Virus record (IMG/VR): IMGVR_UViG_3300028654_000001
Span: 448,572 to 512,571 of that record
Reading direction: 5' to 3' (one strand)
Length of the DNA: 64,000 nt
The notes under the pieces are model-generated. The model worked only from the letters and a program-made list of their open reading frames with translations. It searched no databases and had not been told where the DNA came from. How positions within the stretch are numbered: the first letter of the stretch is position 1; the number at the start of each line of letters is the position of its first letter. Shown in pieces: positions 27,710 to 33,527 of this stretch. Both the position numbers and the translations under genes were made by a program.

Positions 27710-28093
27710 TCGTCGCATCCCATTGGTTCGATACCTGTGACAGAGAGCGCAAACAAGCTCACACTTGGCGATCTCCTCAAGTAATCTTTCAACGGAGGTG
27801 CATTTTGAATTTGCACGAGCTATCTCAAAAGACTTTGTTGTTGGGTCAAGATGATCAAAGTCCATAGCCCAGTAAGGGTGTGGCTCTCCACAATCTGTAC
27901 AAGGCTTGCCACTCTTGGCCTCCTGGATGACCCTCTTGATTTCAGCTCTGATCTTTACCTTATCCTTTCTAACTCTGGCACATTGACACAACTTGCAGTA
28001 CCCCATGAGGTACTTACCCCTCCCGTGAAACTCACGTTCGGACTTAGTTTGAGTGCAAGCCGGGCAATACTTGGTGCGCTTAGCTTTCGGTAT
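27695..28093 (-). CDS. zinc-finger + HNH endonuclease (non-ATG start or decaying)
   Basis: KYCPACTQTK..EF upstream of first ATG; PCTDCG..MDFDHLDP..EIAKCELVCALCHRYRT. Confidence 0.75.
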   Translation of the reverse strand: MPKAKRTKYCPACTQTKSEREFHGRGKYLMGYCKLCQCARVRKDKVKIRAEIKRVIQEAKSGKPCTDCGEPHPYWAMDFDHLDPTTKSFEIARANSKCTSVERLLEEIAKCELVCALCHRYRTNGMRRRPVF

Positions 28094-28132
28094 ACTGGTG
28101 ATAACTACACCAATGAGTTATCACCGAAAGTG

Positions 28133-28271
28133 AGCGAAGACAAGAGAGTGAAAGACAAGGGAACCCTTCTAAATACCACTCGTGAAGCTTTCACTTCACG
28201 GCAGGATCTGCCCCTGCAAAGCTCCCGGGCGTAAGCCCCCGGATAATGAAGTCCTTCTTGCATTCTTCGCT
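28133..28271 (-). ncRNA. Y RNA-like copy G (three-hairpin domain)
   Basis: AGCGAA-GAATGC..GACTTCATT..CTTGTC-TTCGCT; inner CCGGG, GCAGG/CCTGC, CGTGAAG/CTTCACG hairpins. Confidence 0.75.
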
Positions 28272-28358
28272 TGGTAGCCCCTCCCGGACTCGAACCGGGA
28301 CGTCACGAAGGACAGGAGGGTTTAAGCCTCCCCCGTCTGCCAGTTCCAGCAAGGAGCC
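28272..28358 (-). tRNA. tRNA-Leu(TAA)
   Basis: Type II, loop CT-TAA-AC, CCA. Confidence 0.92.
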
Positions 28359-28361
28359 ATG

Positions 28362-28550
28362 TTAGTCTTTGGTCTTCCAGATCTCGTCTGTAATTGGAGG
28401 GAGCAGCTCGCCAGCCTCAAGGGCTCTTCGACGGTCTTCCTCCATACGAATCTTCATCTCTTCATAACGGAGGCGATCCTCCTCCGTCTCCTCGGGCTCT
28501 GGGATGATCCCACCCTCTTCAGCTATCACCCTAGTCTGAACTATAACCAT
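28362..28550 (-). CDS. small acidic protein
   Basis: 62-aa ORF between FmdB-like gene and tRNA. Confidence 0.5.
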   Translation of the reverse strand: MVIVQTRVIAEEGGIIPEPEETEEDRLRYEEMKIRMEEDRRRALEAGELLPPITDEIWKTKD

Positions 28551-28719
28551 CGGAGGCCCAACCCTTCCCTTGAAGTTGAAAACCTGTGCCGCCGCTTATG
28601 AGCCTCTTGGCTTCTGGCTTGTCGCACTTGGGGCAATCCGTCAACGGAGGCTCCGTAATCTTCTGGTCAGCCTCCCAGGTGTGTTGGCAGGCCTTGCATT
28701 GGTACTCGTAAGTCGGCAC
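28531..28719 (-). CDS. FmdB-family zinc-ribbon protein
   Basis: (M)PTYEYQCKACQH..QKITEPPLTDCPKC..KRLIS..FQLQGKGW; GTG start. Confidence 0.85.
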   Translation of the reverse strand: MPTYEYQCKACQHTWEADQKITEPPLTDCPKCDKPEAKRLISGGTGFQLQGKGWASDGYSSD

Positions 28720-28729
28720 TTGATTACCC

Positions 28730-29191
28730 TTAGGATGGCATTGGGCCTGGGCCAATGTTGACTTCGTGTTTGACCCGGGTGAACCTATCGAACAGCGGCT
28801 TACCACCAAGGAGTTTGATGAGTCGGCACCGGGTCTTGAAGATGATCCTATGAAGACGGTTTGGATCTGGAGGTGGTGGTGGCTCATACTTGTGCCAATG
28901 ATTTCTTGCAGAACTCAAAGATGCTATTAGACATTGAACACCACCAGGGTCAGGTATCGCATCCGGGTACCCAGCTTCGACCTTGGTAGTACTAATCACC
29001 GAGGTTCCCCAAAGGTGCCCTACTAAATTACCACCCCACTCTGGTCTGGGTTCTGACTTACCAAGTAACTCATAGTCACCATGAGCAGCAAGAACTGGTA
29101 CATCTTCTGGGTGAACAAGAAGTACTGCTACTCGCAGATCTTCACATTCAACCCTAGACAAGGTATCAGAAACATCATGAAGCGTGATCAT
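28730..29191 (-). CDS. hypothetical protein with capsid-like segment
   Basis: VECEDLRVAVLLVHPED..VGHLWGTSVISTTKV similar to 14009-14518; GGTGTA promoter. Confidence 0.55.
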   Translation of the reverse strand: MITLHDVSDTLSRVECEDLRVAVLLVHPEDVPVLAAHGDYELLGKSEPRPEWGGNLVGHLWGTSVISTTKVEAGYPDAIPDPGGVQCLIASLSSARNHWHKYEPPPPPDPNRLHRIIFKTRCRLIKLLGGKPLFDRFTRVKHEVNIGPGPMPS

Positions 29192-29210
29192 AAAGATCAC
29201 TACACCGAAG

Positions 29211-29720
29211 CTATCGAATACTAGAACCAAGGAACCTGAACGCCACCCGTGTTTCAACAGAAGCCTCTTTGGCCTTCTGCACGAATTGACGCATCTTTCC
29301 CTTGAGGATATCTATGTCGTCTTGAGTAGCTGGACGTCCAAGTTGAGTACTCAGAGCCTTACTCCACTGTTGAACGAATGGATCCTTGGGGTCAGGCTTC
29401 GGAGCATCCTTGGGCTTCTTATCGAAGACTGGGGCATCTTTGGCCTTCTCCTTTTGGACAAACTGCTTCATCTGTCCTTTGAGAATGTCGATATCGGCCT
29501 CCGTTGCAGGCCTACCAAGATTATCACTAAGCGCCTTCTGCCACTGATTCTTAAAGTGGTCATCCTTGCCACCTTCAGACTTAGGAGCTGGAGGCTTACC
29601 CTTGTTCTCAACCACCCGGTGCTTGTGCTTGTCAGCTTTCGGGTGAGCTTTCAGATAGGTATCCAAAGCCTCTTGAGTTGGGAACTCCTTAGCAAGTTTG
29701 GTATCTTCCATAATGACCAC
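29211..29720 (-). CDS. repeat protein with EFPT..HPKAD module and C-terminal RVAFRF motif
   Basis: Two copies of QWxKALSxxLGRPATxxDIDILKGxMxQFVQK. Confidence 0.7.
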   Translation of the reverse strand: MVIMEDTKLAKEFPTQEALDTYLKAHPKADKHKHRVVENKGKPPAPKSEGGKDDHFKNQWQKALSDNLGRPATEADIDILKGQMKQFVQKEKAKDAPVFDKKPKDAPKPDPKDPFVQQWSKALSTQLGRPATQDDIDILKGKMRQFVQKAKEASVETRVAFRFLGSSIR

Positions 29721-29767
29721 ACTCAGGACAAGAATAAGAACTATACCGTGATCTCAAAGAAGAGTTT

Positions 29768-29841
29768 TGGTGACCCCACCGGAATTTGAATCCGGACCAC
29801 GGCCTTGAAAGGGCCGTCACCTACCGTTAGTGTATGGGGCC
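29768..29841 (-). tRNA. tRNA-Glu(TTC)
   Basis: Loop CT-TTC-AA, CCA. Confidence 0.9.
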
Positions 29842-29846
29842 GTTAG

Positions 29847-29921
29847 CGTCCCTGAGGGGCGATGATCCCCTTTCAGCAGCTTGAGAGGCTACTATCCTAA
29901 CCAAACGTAGACGACAGGGAC
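29847..29921 (-). tRNA. tRNA-Glu(CTC), atypical T loop
   Basis: Loop CT-CTC-AA; T loop ATCATCG. Confidence 0.85.
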
Positions 29922-29927
29922 ATGATA

Positions 29928-29994
29928 GGTGAGACAAGGGACAAACTAGAGAGGTTCAATTATCGAGATTGTACTCCAGTTCAGCATTCTCACC
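29928..29994 (-). ncRNA. Y RNA-like copy H (minimal)
   Basis: GGTGA-GAATGC..GAGTACAAT..CTTGTC-TCACC. Confidence 0.75.
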
Positions 29995-29996
29995 GG

Positions 29997-30080
29997 CGGA
30001 AGGAGCGGGATTCGAACTCGCAGAGCTGTTACGCTCGATTGTTTTCAGGACAATTCCCCTCACCAATAGGGAGCCCTTCC
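29997..30080 (-). tRNA. tRNA-Ser(TGA)
   Basis: Type II, loop CC-TGA-AA (C33), G73. Confidence 0.87.
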
Positions 30081-30091
30081 GTAAAGTAGAG

Positions 30092-30168
30092 TGGATGCAG
30101 GAATTGGATTTGAACCAATGACCTCCAGCTTATGAGGCTGGCAAGCTACCGGGCTGCTCTATCCTGCG
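30092..30168 (-). tRNA. tRNA-Met(CAT), initiator-like acceptor
   Basis: C1.A72 mismatch, GAGCAGCCCGGTAGCT D arm, lacks GGG/CCC anticodon stem, U73. Confidence 0.85.
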
Positions 30169-30169
30169 G

Positions 30170-30241
30170 AGCTGATGAGGGGACTTGAACCCGCAACCGC
30201 TGGTTTACGAAACCAGTGCTCTACCATTGAGCTACATCAGC
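30170..30241 (-). tRNA. tRNA-Thr(CGT)
   Basis: Loop TT-CGT-AA. Confidence 0.93.
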
Positions 30242-30244
30242 ATG

Positions 30245-30322
30245 GGGCACTCCCGGCTGTGCCAGGCGCCCAGGGGATCTCTACTTCCCCCACTCGTCTC
30301 CCGTAGAGATGAGGAAAACGAG
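30245..30322 (-). ncRNA. H-type pseudoknot + hairpin immediately 3' of tRNA-fMet
   Basis: CTCGTTT/AGACGAG crossed by ATCTCTAC/GTAGAGAT; GGGCGC..GTGCCC hairpin. Confidence 0.5.
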
Positions 30323-30323
30323 T

Positions 30324-30401
30324 TGGTTGCGGAGCCTTGGATTTGAACCAAGAACCTTCGGGTTATGAGCCCGACGCGCTACCGGGTTGCGCCAGCCCGC
30401 A
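30324..30401 (-). tRNA. tRNA-fMet(CAT)
   Basis: TCGGG-CTCATAA-CCCGA anticodon arm, CCA; acceptor bulge. Confidence 0.9.
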
Positions 30402-30445
30402 ATGCTGACCCTACCAGAGTGACTTGGAAGGGTCAAGAGACTTTG

Positions 30446-30518
30446 CTCCAGAGAAGGGACTCGAACCCCTAACACCGCGGTTAACAGCCGCGTGCTCTAC
30501 CAATTGAGCTACACTGGA
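30446..30518 (-). tRNA. tRNA-Asn(GTT)
   Basis: TCC start, loop CT-GTT-AA, G73. Confidence 0.95.
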
Positions 30519-30521
30519 ATA

Positions 30522-30725
30522 TGGAGGCTGTTTCAAGCCTCCCCCGACACGAGTTGGTGCTCGCGCCGTCGGCACTGTGCTTGCCCCTACGGGGCTTGCC
30601 AATGCCTTACTTCATTACGGTCAGGAATGAACAACTACCCCACAGGCACGGTCGCTGCAGCCCTCGGTTTACTTGAGGTCGATCACGGCACGTCTGCTAC
30701 CCTGGCCCACAACAGACCAGTAGAA
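30522..30725 (-). ncRNA. candidate ~200-nt structured RNA
   Basis: Six stems incl. CTGGTC/GGCCAG, TTCATT/AATGAA, GCCCC/GGGGC, GGAGGCT/AGCCTCC; long-range GTGCCGT/ACGGCGC. Confidence 0.5.
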
Positions 30726-30784
30726 TCAGAATTCATTCACTGTTTAGATTGTCAAGGATCTAGAAAGCAAGGTGCCTTCTTGAT

Positions 30785-30859
30785 TGGTTCCGACACCTGG
30801 ACTCGAACCAGGATAACGGGATTCAAAGTCCCGTGCCCTAACCATTGGACGATATCGGA
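30785..30859 (-). tRNA. tRNA-Gln(TTG)
   Basis: Loop CT-TTG-AA, CCA. Confidence 0.93.
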
Positions 30860-30871
30860 TCAATTACTTAG

Positions 30872-30942
30872 TGGGACATCACAGATTCGAACTGAAATCT
30901 ACGGTTTAAGAGACCGCTGCTCTACCATTGAGCTAATATCCC
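30872..30942 (-). tRNA. tRNA-Lys(CTT)
   Basis: Loop CT-CTT-AA. Confidence 0.88.
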
Positions 30943-30948
30943 ATTGAG

Positions 30949-31022
30949 TGGTAGAGGCAGAGAGATTCGAACTCACATTAACGGGTTAAAAGCCCGCTGG
31001 TCTACCGTTGACCTATACCTCC
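30949..31022 (-). tRNA. tRNA-Lys(TTT)
   Basis: Loop CT-TTT-AA, CCA. Confidence 0.9.
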
Positions 31023-31105
31023 ATATCGTTTTGGCCCGTCTTCCACGGGCTTGTTCTTGCGTTTCATTCTGGCCTTCTTCTTTCTCATCTCATCTAGTGT
31101 CTTTG

Positions 31106-31188
31106 TGGGGCATGGTGGAGTTGAACCACTTAACCTGAGGCGACAGTTTTACAGACTGCTACTACTTCCGCGTAGTTAATCACACCCC
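31106..31188 (-). tRNA. tRNA-Tyr(GTA), 8/4 cloverleaf
   Basis: Acceptor GGGGTGTG/CATGCCCC, T stem GTGG/CCAC, loop CT-GTA-AA. Confidence 0.82.
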
Positions 31189-31359
31189 ATAGAGATTGGG
31201 TCTAGCTGCGGTTACGAGTCGATAGCGATCTGTGATTCCCATTGTCCTTTGCTTTCCTAACGAACTGACAAACCTATCCTGATGCCACTGTGTGTGGCAG
31301 ACGAAACTCTAGTTTGCACACAGTCTCTGTGTGGTGTGTTTTATTGGAAAAAGAGCCCT

Positions 31360-31400
31360 AAAACGACTGAAGCCACCGTGGGTTCTCCCAGGGCGGCTTC
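31360..31400 (-). terminator. attenuator terminator in tRNA-array leader
   Basis: GAAGCCGCC-CTGGGAGAACCCAC-GGTGGCTTC-AGTCGTTTT; 5' arm AGCCGCCCT also complements AGGGCGGCT at 31430-31438. Confidence 0.7.
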
Positions 31401-31436
31401 TGTTTACGGACATTCCGTATGTTCAGTCTAGCCGCC

Positions 31437-31589
31437 CTATTTTCCCACCTCTTCTGGACGCATTGTATGATAAGAGGTGGGTGCCCAAGGCTTTGCAATA
31501 AAAAGTCCACTATTACCCTGGGCGCACGTATCCAATAGCGATAATCTCGCTGATTTGGATTGTGATATGAGCCTGGATAGAGAGGACAC
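31437..31589 (-). CDS. leader peptide using all 20 amino acids (putative pan-codon attenuator)
   Basis: GTG start after AGGTAGGT; MSSLSRLISQSKSARLSLLDTCAQGNSGLFIAKPWAPTSYHTMRPEEVGK*; stop overlaps antiterminator strand. Confidence 0.7.
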   Translation of the reverse strand: MSSLSRLISQSKSARLSLLDTCAQGNSGLFIAKPWAPTSYHTMRPEEVGK

Positions 31590-31635
31590 GTTTACCTACC
31601 TGTGGGGCACACCTAAACGATGCGCCAACTCAAGA

Positions 31636-31664
31636 ACCATACACCGAAGGAACAAGGGGGTCAA
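31636..31664 (-). promoter_or_regulatory. main promoter of tRNA/ncRNA array
   Basis: TTGACC-17 nt ending GGTG-TATGGT, A-rich UP-like tract upstream. Confidence 0.8.
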
Positions 31665-31754
31665 GGGGGTCAAGCACTTTTTTGAAAATTCTTTTTTTTG
31701 ACCACATGCCCGCCCCTCGGGGACAGAAAGTTCTTATCCAACTTCCTAGAAAGG

Positions 31755-32360
31755 ATGCTCACTCCGATCACACCCAAGACGGCTTCTGTAAAGGCTAGCT
31801 CAGAAAACACCAAGAAATTCAAAAGCTTGGTGTTCAATTCTGATTGGGACAAGTTCGTCGAAGAGTGGACACCCAAGATCTACTACTACCTTATAGGGGC
31901 TCTAGGCCCCTTTGGACGCGAACCTCTTCCCACAATCCTCCCCATGAGTGATGGTCCACACATGAGTGGGGCGACCGCCTCCTTCAACATGGATACGGGT
32001 CAGGTGAGGCTTTGTCCTTCTGTTGAGGGTAACCCAGGGCAAACTCTCGAGAAGCTTACTCATGAGTTTACACACGGAAGTTATGCTCTCTTTCCTTCCA
32101 ATGACGAGTTCTATGACGAGGGTTATGTCGACTTCTCGACCTGGGTTTTAGTGCACGCACCTACCTATGGTGAATACCGACAACAAGCTATTGATGCTGC
32201 TGCTTACAATATCAAGATGCGCCGAGAGAGGGCAATGAAGAACCTCTCCAACTATGATCGGAAAAGGTGGGCAGGAGGGTGTTATGCCTCTATGTTCCTA
32301 GGGCCTATGATCCTACATCGAATGAGAATGAAAAAGTCTGAGGGTGACTACACTTGGTAG
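31755..32360 (+). CDS. HExxH zincin-like metallopeptidase domain protein
   Basis: LTHEFTH..YDEGYVD. Confidence 0.6.
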   Translation: MLTPITPKTASVKASSENTKKFKSLVFNSDWDKFVEEWTPKIYYYLIGALGPFGREPLPTILPMSDGPHMSGATASFNMDTGQVRLCPSVEGNPGQTLEKLTHEFTHGSYALFPSNDEFYDEGYVDFSTWVLVHAPTYGEYRQQAIDAAAYNIKMRRERAMKNLSNYDRKRWAGGCYASMFLGPMILHRMRMKKSEGDYTW

Positions 32361-32364
32361 TTCT

Positions 32365-32643
32365 ATGTCAAGTCTAACCATAATATCCAATGTTGTTAGA
32401 AGATATTCGAATAAGTCAAAGGATCAGGACGAGGATTACATACCATTCGGCCCTGTTGCACGTGGAAAACTGAACAATCAAGCTCAATATGCCAGGCACT
32501 GGTTAAAAGACCCTGAAGTGAATGATGGTATTCGATGGAGGGGTGACTTCTCTAATTACCATACCCTTGAGATTCACAGGGATGATGTAGAGGATCTAGT
32601 AAAACGAGTCAAAGATAAAGAGAAGGAACGAGGGATTAGGTAG
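32365..32643 (+). CDS. hypothetical protein with NVVRRY motif
   Basis: Co-oriented small ORF. Confidence 0.55.
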   Translation: MSSLTIISNVVRRYSNKSKDQDEDYIPFGPVARGKLNNQAQYARHWLKDPEVNDGIRWRGDFSNYHTLEIHRDDVEDLVKRVKDKEKERGIR

Positions 32644-32656
32644 TACCTAGGGTAGT

Positions 32657-33235
32657 TCACATCTCGAGCATCATTCTAAATGCATCCGTGTACTCAGGTC
32701 TAGACCCCAAGAATATCTTCTTCTGATCCGGATTCCCATCGAGTCCAGCGAGTACCCCTCTCCACAGACCGTCTTCGGAATCGAAGGCTAGTGATTTGAT
32801 CCCATGCATCACACTAGTTGACTCCCAAATGGATAACTTCTCAGATGGGTAGTTGTCCATTAAGTAAGCTAGTTTTCTCAGGTCAAAACCAACCTTGAAC
32901 ATCTTACCCTGCAGCTTACTAACAGGGTCATCATCAAACCCAATCAATCCAGGGTTAGATACTCCAGCCCACTCAAGAAGCTCTTTTCGAGAAGCTTGAA
33001 TGCCGTTAGAGTCTCTAGTAACCCATAAGAATGGGAGTTTTGGGGAGCCTAACATTGGCTCAGCCACTCTCCCCTTATAGGCCATCAGTGTATGACCACA
33101 GGTGCCAACTGACCAAAAGACATCAGCATCTTGTAATGGAAACTCAGGTTCGGCCAAGAAAGGTCTGTCCCTCCAAGGATCTGAGAATCCCTTGAAGATT
33201 CCAACAAACTTGCTGAGTACTTCAATTGGTTCCAT
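32657..33235 (-). CDS. hypothetical protein
   Basis: 192-aa ORF. Confidence 0.6.
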   Translation of the reverse strand: MEPIEVLSKFVGIFKGFSDPWRDRPFLAEPEFPLQDADVFWSVGTCGHTLMAYKGRVAEPMLGSPKLPFLWVTRDSNGIQASRKELLEWAGVSNPGLIGFDDDPVSKLQGKMFKVGFDLRKLAYLMDNYPSEKLSIWESTSVMHGIKSLAFDSEDGLWRGVLAGLDGNPDQKKIFLGSRPEYTDAFRMMLEM

Positions 33236-33527
33236 ATGGAATGTCTACATTATTCAGAGCGAGATCTCTGGTAAGCTTTACACCGGAATCACCAACAACC
33301 CACAAAAAAGGCTTAAAGCCCATAACCAAGGGACTGGAGCCAAGGCTACCCGATCTGGAAGGCCCTGGCACTTCGTTTACCTCGAGGTTGTTCCAGATAA
33401 GGGGTCTGCCCTTCGAAGGGAACTAGCAATCAAGAAGCTTACTCGTCTGAAGAAGCTTACTCTGATTCAAGCTCAAGCATCAAGTCAAAAGCTTCCCGTT
33501 GAAGCTCTTCTTCGTTGCGTTCCTTAA
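33210..33527 (+). CDS. GIY-YIG nuclease (UPF0213/YhbQ-like), start uncertain
   Basis: WNVYII..LYTGITNN..RLKAHNQGTGAKATR..ALRRELAIKKL. Confidence 0.85.
   Translation: MLSTSIGSIWNVYIIQSEISGKLYTGITNNPQKRLKAHNQGTGAKATRSGRPWHFVYLEVVPDKGSALRRELAIKKLTRLKKLTLIQAQASSQKLPVEALLRCVP

Noticed and set aside
15211-29994. Scoring Y-RNA copies A, B and E as pseudo-tRNAs or split tRNAs
   Set aside because: T arm precedes D arm and both lie inside the shared GAAT../CTTGTC stem, which fits YrlA rather than broken tRNAs
15415-31138. Many ORF-track entries over RNA genes (e.g. 15415-15636, 16791-16988, 17005-17316, 26509-26751, 30281-30475, 30492-30947) and N-terminal extensions of 15732, 20168, 22930 and 26178
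   Set aside because: They are translations of tRNA/ncRNA sequence or its antisense, with no protein motifs; real starts follow the GGTGTA promoter
31279-31312. Hammerhead ribozyme (CTGATG..CGAAAC, + strand)
   Set aside because: Core reads CUGAUGC rather than CUGANGA, stems I/III not found, and it is antisense to the array; similar CTGATGA hits near 21524 and 23747 also lack a full core
33234-33236. ATA start for the GIY-YIG gene
   Set aside because: An in-frame TTG at 33210 offers a conventional alternative, so the evidence is insufficient
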